Virus record (IMG/VR): IMGVR_UViG_3300028909_000001
Length of the DNA: 64,000 nt
Direction: 5' to 3' (one strand)
DNA from: a virus
Lineage: Duplodnaviria; Caudoviricetes
Below, in pieces: positions 25,315-34,280 of the stretch. How positions within the stretch are numbered: the stretch's first letter is position 1; each line of letters starts with the position of its first letter. Made by a program: the position numbers and the translations under genes. The notes beneath the pieces were generated by a model, which was not told the origin of the DNA, did no database searches, and saw nothing but the letters and a program-made list of their open reading frames with translations.

Positions 25315-25448
25315 GATTATTCATACCTTTAATCCTGGTAGTCTCCCTGCTCAGCTATTGGTTCTGGTCCACCTATATCAGAAGTGAAAGTAAAAGACGT
25401 AGGGATATTAATTCTGACATTGAAAATAAACGCTTTGATGACTTATGA
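25311..25448 (+). CDS. Small membrane peptide (45 aa)
   Basis: Hand translation MRLFIPLILVVSLLSYWFW...; ATGA overlaps at both ends. Confidence 0.6.
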   Translation: MRLFIPLILVVSLLSYWFWSTYIRSESKRRRDINSDIENKRFDDL

Positions 25449-25840
25449 AACTAACAAAAAGAGCTGATAGATGGTATGACGAAAACGATAATAGTTGGTC
25501 TACAGAAGAATCAGCTACTACATATTCACCTACCTTAACTAATTGTTATAATTGTAGAGATTGTAATGCTTGTAGTGGTTGTAGTGGTTGTAATGGTTGT
25601 AGAGATTGTTATAATTGTAGTAATTGTATTGATTGTAGAGATTGTATTGATTGTAGTTATTGTGATGATTGTAGTGATTGTATTGCGTGTATTAATTGTA
25701 TTACTTGTAGTGAGTGTAGTAGTTGCAGTAATTGTACTAATTTAATAGATTGTGAACCATCGCCCAGACCTAAAATAATTCAAAATGATACTAGACCAGA
25801 ACTGAATATTAATGATAGAAGGCTAGAACTTGAACTATAA
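25445..25840 (+). CDS. CxxC tandem-repeat protein
   Basis: Long run of Cys every third residue. Confidence 0.7.
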   Translation: MKLTKRADRWYDENDNSWSTEESATTYSPTLTNCYNCRDCNACSGCSGCNGCRDCYNCSNCIDCRDCIDCSYCDDCSDCIACINCITCSECSSCSNCTNLIDCEPSPRPKIIQNDTRPELNINDRRLELEL

Positions 25841-25975
25841 AATATGACCTCTTATTTCTTCTAATAAGGCTCTCTTAGGTCATTCTTTTAGAAGGAAATA
25901 TCTCATGTGTTTCCTTTTTTTAGCTAATAGTAATTGACAATAATCCGTATACCTCTAAACTCTTTATTTATCTAA

Positions 25976-26785
25976 ATGTATTCACGTAGTCAGATCATCT
26001 CTAAATTAGTCTATAGTATTGACCAACTATCAGCTCAGAACTTGGTTGGAGATATACTGGTTACGGCTAAAAGGTCTGATCAGTATGACGGTGAATTTCC
26101 TAACAAGTTAAATAAGCTGAATGCCTGCTTAAAGAAGTTGTTTAGTAAAGGAGTCTCTATCGTAACCAGGTCTGATTCTGGTAAACTACATGCTCATATA
26201 GGTGTGGAGATGCCTGGTCCTGTCACTAACTTTGACTGGGTAGCTTTTGAACAGAGTGAAAGATACTACAATCTATATAAGCATTTTAAAGATAAGGATA
26301 GCTTGAAATTCTACAACTATTATACCAAGAAGTATAGAAATAGCCTCCCTACTACCTGGCAAGTTATTAATAGTAAACTAATGAGTATAGGTAAAAAGCT
26401 GGGTTTAGGTCGAATATTCCTAACCCCTATTAGAAAGAATCTAACTGCATATAAATGGTATTTAGTATCTAATGTTCCTTATAAAAGAGAAAAGAGAGAT
26501 AAATACATTAGATTCTTCTTTAGTTGGGGTATGGCGGTAGTAGATAAATGTCAGATATTAAATAAGTATACTAAAGCATACCGTAATAAGCTCAAGTCAT
26601 TTGCTGAAGGCTTGCAATTAACTAGTGAATCCTATAATATGGTTTTAAGAGATGTACTAGGTAATTCCTGGCATTATCGTGTTAATGAATTGATCAAACA
26701 TATAGATTCTTTAGACTCTTTAGAATTAATCAAATATAATGAATTAAAGTCAACTGTAGCCCTGCATTTACTTCGTTCTCAATGA
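25976..26785 (+). CDS. HUH (rolling-circle Rep-like) endonuclease
   Basis: RSDSGKLHAHIGV (HUH), GLGRIFLTPI, AYKWYL; upstream TTGACA-N16-TAAACT. Confidence 0.6.
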   Translation: MYSRSQIISKLVYSIDQLSAQNLVGDILVTAKRSDQYDGEFPNKLNKLNACLKKLFSKGVSIVTRSDSGKLHAHIGVEMPGPVTNFDWVAFEQSERYYNLYKHFKDKDSLKFYNYYTKKYRNSLPTTWQVINSKLMSIGKKLGLGRIFLTPIRKNLTAYKWYLVSNVPYKREKRDKYIRFFFSWGMAVVDKCQILNKYTKAYRNKLKSFAEGLQLTSESYNMVLRDVLGNSWHYRVNELIKHIDSLDSLELIKYNELKSTVALHLLRSQ

Positions 26786-27801
26786 ATAAAACATCCTTCT
26801 ATAAAGGTTTACTAGCTGAGTTAACCAAACTAACCAAACTATCTGAACTAGCTAAAGAACCATCTAAAAAACATTGGTATCAGAATCCTTATGTATTAGG
26901 AGGATTAGGTATTGGTGCTGGCGCTCTAGGTACTTATGGATTGAATAGATATTTTGATAATCCTGCAACAAGCCCAACCCAATCAATTACTACCTCTACT
27001 CCTACCACTCCTACCACTCCTGCCCCTACCTCATTTAACTCTTTGAATAATGGAATAGCTACTGGAGTTGGAGCAGGTTTAGGTGGTTTGGCTGTAAAGA
27101 AATGGGGCCTTAATGGAGTATCTGGTGGAGTTGATGCTCTTAGTGGAATTAATAATATATATGATAGTGTTTCAAATCCTGATAACTTAAGTCCTGGTTT
27201 AAGAGCAGTTCAAGGTGTAGGTGGTGCATCTCAAGCAGTATTAGGTGGTTTAGGTTTGGCTGGTAAATCTGTTCCTATGGGTGGATTTGGTAGTCTAGGT
27301 AGATCAGTATCTATGAGACCAATAACCAACCTTGCCTCCAAACTACTACCATCAGCTCTTAGAAGTACTGCCCCAGCTATACAAAGCTTCTTACCAGGTT
27401 TTGCTGCACCTCGAGCCATGACTGCTGCTGCTGGTAGTGTAGCTGCTGTACCGTTATCTGGTGGGGCTGCAGTTCAAGCTTTATTAAATGAAGGAGGAGA
27501 TAAAGCTCAACAACATTCAGATTTGCTAGGTAGTGTAGCAGATAGTCTAGTAGGTACTAAGAATAACCCTGGTATAAGACAGGAACTAAGGTCTGGCGAT
27601 CCGGCCTTAATCAATGATGCTAAACAAAGATTAAATAGTTTCTTTAGTTCTGGATCAAATAATCTAGTGACAAGTCCTGGTACATTAGCTAATATAGGTT
27701 ATAACCCTACTCCTTGGTCTAATAAAGGAAATACTGAGAATTTTCAGACTATTGCACATTTACTAGAACAAGTACGTAGAGAGGCAGAGTTAACCAAATA
27801 A
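26782..27801 (+). CDS. Glycine-zipper protein with variant leader (FYKGLL...KLS)
   Basis: Multiple GxxxG segments and a TP linker. Confidence 0.75.
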   Translation: MNKTSFYKGLLAELTKLTKLSELAKEPSKKHWYQNPYVLGGLGIGAGALGTYGLNRYFDNPATSPTQSITTSTPTTPTTPAPTSFNSLNNGIATGVGAGLGGLAVKKWGLNGVSGGVDALSGINNIYDSVSNPDNLSPGLRAVQGVGGASQAVLGGLGLAGKSVPMGGFGSLGRSVSMRPITNLASKLLPSALRSTAPAIQSFLPGFAAPRAMTAAAGSVAAVPLSGGAAVQALLNEGGDKAQQHSDLLGSVADSLVGTKNNPGIRQELRSGDPALINDAKQRLNSFFSSGSNNLVTSPGTLANIGYNPTPWSNKGNTENFQTIAHLLEQVRREAELTK

Positions 27802-27803
27802 TT

Positions 27804-28565
27804 ATGAGTAACTTATATAATGAATTTGTAAGCGGTTTCTTAAAGCTGGCTGAAGAAGAGAAGTGTGACGTAGATTTCCTCAAAGGCTATATTAAGCAAG
27901 CTGATGAAATAGTAGATATTTGGACGCAAGCCTTTGACGTACTAGCTAAAGAATCTGGTGACCCTCAATACAAGGTTAAGCTAGCTAATGAGATTATTAG
28001 ATTTACTCAACTACTACCTCAAATACATAAACAAGCAGATTTACAAGATACTGAGAAAGGTTATGAAAACTTCCTAGGCGGACTTAATAATGGAGGATTA
28101 AGCCAGGGTCAAAATTGGCTGGAGCATCAATCCTGGATGCCTCAATTTATACAGCAAGCATTACATAACAATCCAAACCTATTATCTAGTCTACTCTCTG
28201 GTAGTATGGGTGGTGGTTTAGGAGGACTATTAATTGGTGCATTGCTAGGTCATCCAATGTCTGGTCTGATGCTGGGTGGTTTAGGTGGTGCAGCTTCAGG
28301 AGCATTCTTAGGTAATCAAGGTATTAGAGATATGTTTAATTCTGGAGATGGAGTTCCCAAACCTACTCCTCCTCCTCAAGAACTTCCAGACAGGGCTCCT
28401 AGTAGTCTGAATCATGGTCCTGACGATCTACCTACTAGTGCTCCTAGTAATCAGAGTCATGGTGTTATAGAACCAACTCCTACCTCAGCTCCTACTAATA
28501 GTATTCCTAATGTTAAACCTATTAGTCCTGTTAATAATGCAACAAATACAGTACCACATAAATAA
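27804..28565 (+). CDS. Leader / K-x-A glycine-zipper protein
   Basis: NEFVSGFLKLAE, DFLKGYIKQAD, HKQAD; GGGLGGLLIGALLG. Confidence 0.75.
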   Translation: MSNLYNEFVSGFLKLAEEEKCDVDFLKGYIKQADEIVDIWTQAFDVLAKESGDPQYKVKLANEIIRFTQLLPQIHKQADLQDTEKGYENFLGGLNNGGLSQGQNWLEHQSWMPQFIQQALHNNPNLLSSLLSGSMGGGLGGLLIGALLGHPMSGLMLGGLGGAASGAFLGNQGIRDMFNSGDGVPKPTPPPQELPDRAPSSLNHGPDDLPTSAPSNQSHGVIEPTPTSAPTNSIPNVKPISPVNNATNTVPHK

Positions 28566-28569
28566 TCAT

Positions 28570-28782
28570 ATGTTTCTATATCTTACACAAATCCTTAAAG
28601 AAGCTAATGAGTTTGGTTTCGCTAATCAACCAAATACAAGTTTTAGTAATACAAATCCAGCTCCACAATCAGCTTCATTACCTCCTCCTAATCCTGCCCC
28701 ACGACCTAGTCCTGTTCCTAGTATTGGCGGTATGACACCTAATATACAGACAAACAGCCCAGGGTTTACCAGAACTATATGA
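28570..28782 (+). CDS. Small Pro-rich K-x-A protein
   Basis: ATG 28570, MFLYLTQILKEAN followed by a Pro-rich tail. Confidence 0.6.
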   Translation: MFLYLTQILKEANEFGFANQPNTSFSNTNPAPQSASLPPPNPAPRPSPVPSIGGMTPNIQTNSPGFTRTI

Positions 28783-29690
28783 AACTAGATATTAATGATT
28801 TTAGTGAAGGTGTTAAAGATATCCTGGCACTATATAAACAAGGTAACAATATCTTTGAAATGAAGAGTGGTGATTTATTCCCTCACAACACTTCTCAATC
28901 TACCTGGCAGTTCGCCAAGGATAATGGTAATATACATTTCTCTGATGGTACTCATACTTATAGTTTTAAAGGTGATCTAAGTGAGTATGATACAGAATTG
29001 GAGAAGATGCCAGAAGCACCACTACCTAATGTATTTTCCAATGCTAAGATTAAGGGTAGGGCTCAGGTACATAGATCAGATCCAGGTAGTATATATTTTA
29101 CTTTGCAAGAAGGACGAAATAATCCAACCTATACTTTAAAACATCAGGGAGATAGTAAATGGAAAGCTATTCCTAAACCTAGAAAAGTCAAAGCCCAACT
29201 AAAAGAAACAGTTACTCCTCTTAATGTAAACTTGGAAAAAGTAAAAGAAGGTATGTTAAAAGAGTTGGAGGAATTCATTAAAGAAGGTGATGGACCAAGT
29301 TTTTTTGATAATGCCAATCATGTAATAGGTAGAGGAGTGCAAGGATTGGCTAATGGAATTACTAAACTTCCTCTATTACCTGGTAGAATTGGTGGAGAAG
29401 TACCAGTACAACAATCAGATAACGGTCCAATATCTACTGAGGGTGCAGGAACTATAGCCGGTAATGCCTTGCTAGCTAGTGGGATAGGTGCTGGTAGTGG
29501 TTTATTATATCATTTAGCTAAACGTAATCTGTTAAATACGACTCAAGAAAATGCTGAAGAAGATGCAGAAGGTGGAAAACTTGGTAAAAGAGTGATGTTA
29601 CCAGCTCTAGGTATGGCTGGTTTAAATATAGCTGGTAGACAGATGCTACCTAACGCTATTAATGATCCTAAATTAAACATATTTCCTTAA
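28779..29690 (+). CDS. Putative virion protein with C-terminal glycine zippers
   Basis: DFSEGV...YKQG and FIKEG variants of the motif. Confidence 0.7.
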   Translation: MKLDINDFSEGVKDILALYKQGNNIFEMKSGDLFPHNTSQSTWQFAKDNGNIHFSDGTHTYSFKGDLSEYDTELEKMPEAPLPNVFSNAKIKGRAQVHRSDPGSIYFTLQEGRNNPTYTLKHQGDSKWKAIPKPRKVKAQLKETVTPLNVNLEKVKEGMLKELEEFIKEGDGPSFFDNANHVIGRGVQGLANGITKLPLLPGRIGGEVPVQQSDNGPISTEGAGTIAGNALLASGIGAGSGLLYHLAKRNLLNTTQENAEEDAEGGKLGKRVMLPALGMAGLNIAGRQMLPNAINDPKLNIFP

Positions 29691-29694
29691 TTAA

Positions 29695-29997
29695 ATGGAT
29701 ATTGATACTATAATGAATCTGGTTAATAATGATAATAACCTGAGTAGTGAGCAGAAACAGGAATTGAATCAAGCAGAGAATAAACAGAAACTTGAAAAGT
29801 TATTATCTAGTGTAGCTGGTTCCGCTATAGGATTGGTAGTTGCTAAATTTAATGATTTAAGCAAGACTACCCAAGTATTGTTAACACTATTAGGTTTTGG
29901 TCTGGGTAGTGTGATTTATGATTATTATCATCGTAGTAAGTTTGCTAATTACGATGACAAGACTAGAACTTATAAGATTGATACTGATAAATATTAA
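29695..29997 (+). CDS. Small protein with two hydrophobic helices
   Basis: VAGSAIGLVV and LLTLLGFGLGSVI. Confidence 0.65.
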   Translation: MDIDTIMNLVNNDNNLSSEQKQELNQAENKQKLEKLLSSVAGSAIGLVVAKFNDLSKTTQVLLTLLGFGLGSVIYDYYHRSKFANYDDKTRTYKIDTDKY

Positions 29998-30000
29998 TAT

Positions 30001-30339
30001 ATGAATAAAGCTGAATTGATAAAAGAAGCAATCTCTGCTGAATTAGCTAAAGAAGGTAAGACATTGTTAGACTTGGAGAGAGCCTTGAGTAAAGAGGCTG
30101 GTGGAGGTGGCTTGTTCTTTTCACCAGAATCGTTCACTAATGTAGGTAAAGGTCTATTAAATCTTTACGGAGCCTCAGCATTAGCGGTAGGTGCATTAGG
30201 AGGTACTGGTGCTTATATGGGGTTGCAGGCTAATGAGGATAGTACTAATCAACAATTAAAGAAAATCAGGGAAAAACAACAATACGAAGAAGCTACCAGA
30301 TCTTTAATAGAACATATTAAAAACCCTTCAACTCTATAA
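30001..30339 (+). CDS. K-x-A glycine-zipper protein
   Basis: SKEAG; GASALAVGALGGTGAY. Confidence 0.7.
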   Translation: MNKAELIKEAISAELAKEGKTLLDLERALSKEAGGGGLFFSPESFTNVGKGLLNLYGASALAVGALGGTGAYMGLQANEDSTNQQLKKIREKQQYEEATRSLIEHIKNPSTL

Positions 30340-30341
30340 TT

Positions 30342-30746
30342 ATGCCTAAGAAAAATATTGAGATTAAGAATCGTGAAGACTTCATGCTGCAAGGAACATT
30401 GAGTGAGGTACCTTGGGAACCAAAGTCTGAAGAACAGATTCAGAAAGATTTATTTAAAAGTAGTGACCCGGATAAGATACTTGATGCTTTTGAAACTCAA
30501 CTAGGTATAAAATCAAATAATGTACCTATTCCTAATGAGATCTATAAGTGTATATTTTTAAAACCATGTAGTGATGATGAACATGCTCAATTATTACAAG
30601 ATTTATATAATAACTCTAGAAGATATAGAGTTTTGAATCGGTCTGATAATTGGACCCATAAAGGAGATTTGGTAATGTTTGTTGAATATGTTGAAAACCT
30701 GGATGTTAAAGCAGAGTTGGAGAAAGAGAAGGAAAACAATATATGA
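30342..30746 (+). CDS. Hypothetical protein
   Basis: ATG ORF in the operon. Confidence 0.7.
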   Translation: MPKKNIEIKNREDFMLQGTLSEVPWEPKSEEQIQKDLFKSSDPDKILDAFETQLGIKSNNVPIPNEIYKCIFLKPCSDDEHAQLLQDLYNNSRRYRVLNRSDNWTHKGDLVMFVEYVENLDVKAELEKEKENNI

Positions 30747-31711
30747 ATGAAATTTTAAAGAAAGCTTCAGGCTATACTCCCCCAGAATTGATGTTGTTAT
30801 CTGCTTTGGGTGGCGGAAGTGTATTTGCCGGACTAAGGTTGCTCACAGATATGGGGAGTAAATTAAATCCACCTAAAGTAGAGCAAAATAAAATCAAGCT
30901 ACAATTACCGGAAAATAATGGAATTGCTTCAGTAACTCCTGGGGAAGCTGGTCCATTACAAGGTTTCGGTAAATCAGCAGAACCAATGCAGCCTGATTGG
31001 TATGTTTCTCCTCTCTCAGCCTTAGTAGGTTTGCCTATAGGATTCTTAGGAACTAAAGCGCTTTATGACAAATATCAGGAGAATCAAGGAAATGCTCAGA
31101 TAGCCGAAGCTAAAAAGAATTATACTAAGCAGTTAATGCTAGCTCAACAAATGAATAAAATGAGTGAAGAAACACCATTAGTAGATGCATTCTGTAAAGC
31201 TGCTGCAGAAGAATTGGATAAAGAAGCTGCTTCTTTACTTAGTTTGACAAAAGGTCTGATAAATAAAGTACCAGGTCTTAATGCTGTAAAAGGTTTCACT
31301 AATCAACATAAATGGGTTACCCCTATCGCAGGTTTAGGTGCATTAGGTGTGGCTGATAATTATGTAGAACCAACTACTAAATCTTTAACAGAAAATGCAC
31401 CAAATGCTATGGGATTTGCTCCCTCAGCAGTACCTGGTATTGATAGTAGTACTATTATGAAGAATCTCCCTACTGATGATGCTAGCTTGTTAAGTGCTGA
31501 AGATAGTTTATCTAATAAAGCTTCTAAAGGTGGTAATGCATTTGTAAACAAGCTTACTGGTAATTATTGGGGACAGACTAAAGATACTTGGAAGGCATTA
31601 GCTGGTTTAGGTACAGCTGGTACATTCGGTATACTATTAAATAATCATCTAAAGAAAAAAGAGAAGGAAGAAAAAGCTCAATATCCTGTAGGTGTTGAAT
31701 ATGCAAAATAA
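30743..31711 (+). CDS. Multi-K-x-A membrane-like protein
   Basis: KKAS, KSAE, KMSE, DAFCKAAA and KEAAS separate hydrophobic segments. Confidence 0.75.
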   Translation: MNEILKKASGYTPPELMLLSALGGGSVFAGLRLLTDMGSKLNPPKVEQNKIKLQLPENNGIASVTPGEAGPLQGFGKSAEPMQPDWYVSPLSALVGLPIGFLGTKALYDKYQENQGNAQIAEAKKNYTKQLMLAQQMNKMSEETPLVDAFCKAAAEELDKEAASLLSLTKGLINKVPGLNAVKGFTNQHKWVTPIAGLGALGVADNYVEPTTKSLTENAPNAMGFAPSAVPGIDSSTIMKNLPTDDASLLSAEDSLSNKASKGGNAFVNKLTGNYWGQTKDTWKALAGLGTAGTFGILLNNHLKKKEKEEKAQYPVGVEYAK

Positions 31712-32501
31712 TGCTTTTTATAGAGGAGTACTTAGTGAGATAAATAAGTTTGCTCAAGTAACTCCTCCTACACCTCAAATAACACCTTCAGCTCCTAGTC
31801 CAGTTATCTCAGGTATTAAGGCACCTCTTCTCTCTCAAACTCAGCATACAATAAATGATTTTGAAAGTGTTTATCCTAAAGTAGAATCAGCTTTGCCTAA
31901 TATAGAGAAATCTATTAGTAGTATACCAGATAATCAATTAGCTTCCACTACTCCTGAGCAATTTAAAAATACAGTCACTCCTTCATTTTCACAGATACTA
32001 GCACATCCTATAAATAGTGCTTCATTAGCTGATAATCAAGGTAAACTTAATGATGTATTTACTAGTTTTCAAAATTTACCTCCTGAACAGCAAGCAGTAG
32101 CAATAAATACTATAGGTACTTATCATCCAGATTTAGCCAAATTCTTAAGTAGTCAGATAGAGAGAGGAGCTAAATCCAGTTTTAGTAATGCTTCCTGGTC
32201 TGATTTAGGTAGTGCTGCTAAACAAGGCCTAACTGGAGATCATAAAACATTATCTAGTGTGATGATGCAAGATCCTAAAATAAAGTCTCTAGTCACTAAT
32301 TCTATGTTAGGGAGGGCTGGAGAACTTAGTGGTCAGTGGTTAAAGAATAATTGGCAGACTCTGGCTAGTGTGATAGGTGGAACAGCTTTGATAGGTTTGG
32401 TGTATAGTATTATGAAAAATACCGCAGCCACAGCCCAAGCTACCCAACAAACTCAACAAAATAGTTTACAACCTAGGCTGAATGCTCCACAATCATTATA
32501 A
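31701..32501 (+). CDS. Variant-leader protein (NAFYRGV...KFAQ) with Pro linker and C-terminal TM helix
   Basis: ATG 31701; LASVIGGTALIGLVYSIM. Confidence 0.7.
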   Translation: MQNNAFYRGVLSEINKFAQVTPPTPQITPSAPSPVISGIKAPLLSQTQHTINDFESVYPKVESALPNIEKSISSIPDNQLASTTPEQFKNTVTPSFSQILAHPINSASLADNQGKLNDVFTSFQNLPPEQQAVAINTIGTYHPDLAKFLSSQIERGAKSSFSNASWSDLGSAAKQGLTGDHKTLSSVMMQDPKIKSLVTNSMLGRAGELSGQWLKNNWQTLASVIGGTALIGLVYSIMKNTAATAQATQQTQQNSLQPRLNAPQSL

Positions 32502-32503
32502 TT

Positions 32504-33202
32504 GTGAACAATCATATAGATCCATTATATAGTTTGCCTATTCCAAAGAATGTGCGTGGTTTTTTCGATCCAGAGAAGACTAGGGAATGGTTACATACTA
32601 AAGCCTTGGATTCTTTTCAGAAGAAGCTTAATACAATTGAAAGTCCAGCCTACAAACTAAAAGTAACAGACTTATCTTATAATGCTCCTGAACATTCTCC
32701 AACTTATAAAGAACAAAATAAGGCTATAATGGAGAAAAGAGATTTGTCCACTCCATTACGAGGTACTTTTCAGATGATAGATAAGAAAACTGGTAATGTA
32801 TTAGATACCAAAACTACAACTATCGCTCATATCCCCTGGCTTACTGAAAGGAATACAGTAATCTTACATGGTGCGGAATACTCAGTTGCACATCAACAAC
32901 GTTTACTACCAGGTGTCTATACTCGTACTAAGGAATCTGGAGAAGCTGAAGCCCACATCAATGTCTTACCTGGAACTGGAGTAGGTGGCAAAGTAATTTT
33001 TTACCCTGACCGTGCATTATTCGTTTATCAAGTTGGAACTACTCAAATTAAGCTATATGGATTACTTAAAGAAATGGGCGTATCTGATAGTGAGATGGAG
33101 AAAGTTTGGGGTTCTGAAATATTCAATAAAAATAAATCTCAATATACTGGACTAGAATTTGATAAATTGTATAATAAAGTCATAGGTAATGAAGAAGAAT
33201 AA
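32504..33202 (+). CDS. rpoB: RNA polymerase beta N-terminal subunit
   Basis: STPLRGTFQMID, IAHIPWLTERNTVILHGAEYSVAHQQRLLPGVY, LYGLLKEMGVSDSEM match the beta domain 1 region. Confidence 0.85.
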   Translation: MNNHIDPLYSLPIPKNVRGFFDPEKTREWLHTKALDSFQKKLNTIESPAYKLKVTDLSYNAPEHSPTYKEQNKAIMEKRDLSTPLRGTFQMIDKKTGNVLDTKTTTIAHIPWLTERNTVILHGAEYSVAHQQRLLPGVYTRTKESGEAEAHINVLPGTGVGGKVIFYPDRALFVYQVGTTQIKLYGLLKEMGVSDSEMEKVWGSEIFNKNKSQYTGLEFDKLYNKVIGNEEE

Positions 33203-33214
33203 CTACTCAAATAT

Positions 33215-33499
33215 ATGTCGAACGAAACACAATTAGAACAGCAATTGAATGCTGAATGGAGAAAAACTATTAAAGATAATCTTGAAGAACTCAGGACTGG
33301 TCAAAAACAATTAGCTAAGGATATTACTGATATTAAGCTAAGTTGTGCTCAAGCAGATGAAGTAAAAAGTCTGAGAGAAAAGGTCGAAAAACTTGAATTA
33401 TCTAAAGCTAAAACTACTGGAGTATTGGTAGCCGTAAATGTGATATTAATTTTTGCGGGCTGGTGTATTCAGACTTTACTGCTTGTACATCATAGTTAA
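33215..33499 (+). CDS. Coiled-coil protein with C-terminal TM helix (holin/XhlA-like)
   Basis: Heptad-rich N-terminus and hydrophobic C-terminus. Confidence 0.55.
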   Translation: MSNETQLEQQLNAEWRKTIKDNLEELRTGQKQLAKDITDIKLSCAQADEVKSLREKVEKLELSKAKTTGVLVAVNVILIFAGWCIQTLLLVHHS

Positions 33500-34146
33500 G
33501 CAGGCCTTCTTCTTTCATTTCTTGGTAAGTTGAATTGTAGATATTTCTCATACTTTCTAGTCAGTCCAATTCTGTCTTCTAGAAAGCCTTGATAAATATA
33601 GTTACCGAATTTATAACCACCACAAATGCTAGGTATAACTATTCTAGAACCCTTATGTCCAGTTTTTTTATTAATCTCCCTCCCTATTCTATAATGAATC
33701 TCCATAGGTAATACTAATTTCTCAAAAGCAGACCAATCTTGAGTGTAGGGACCACAAATACTATAAGAACAATGACCATCTCTGGATATACAAAAACAAC
33801 CATCCCCATCACTGTAACCCCTCCACCAGTAATGAGTTAGGTTTTCAGGTATAATGCTTAATATTGTAGGAGCTTGATCTTTACTTCTATAATTGTAACT
33901 AATTAATTTAGTTGCTAATTCTACACTACCTTTTTGAAAACTCATTTGTAATTGCCCTGGTGGATTTGTTTTTTGTATATTTCTACGTATATTCCAATTC
34001 CAGGCTTTCATAAGTGTTGGTTCAATAATTACTGCATCAACTTGTTTTATAGCTATTTTAATTTTATTTTCTTTAGATATAGACCCGTCGGCCCAGATAA
34101 ATCCTAACGTATATGCTGTCTCTGCTGTTATATTAGTTAAATCCAT
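33496..34146 (-). mobile_element. Free-standing LAGLIDADG homing endonuclease
   Basis: AYTLGFIWADG and WWRGYSDGDG; start moved to ATG 34146 behind TTGACA-N17-TACTGT-N6. Confidence 0.85.
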
Positions 34147-34152
34147 ATAATG

Positions 34153-34181
34153 ACAGTACACATTAGCTACCACGCTGTCAA
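34153..34181 (-). promoter_or_regulatory. sigma70-type leaderless promoter of the endonuclease
   Basis: TTGACA-N17-TACTGT-N6-ATG. Confidence 0.7.
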
Positions 34182-34280
34182 TATTATAGCGCATATATCT
34201 GTTGACTAAACTTATAATAATAGTTAATATAGAAATATACGAATAAACAATTATGTTTATTTTAACTAATTATACAATCT

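Noticed and set aside
33496-34194. LAGLIDADG gene as part of an intron
   Set aside because: The flanking genes look complete and no intron core is visible. The track start at 34194 was also replaced by 34146.
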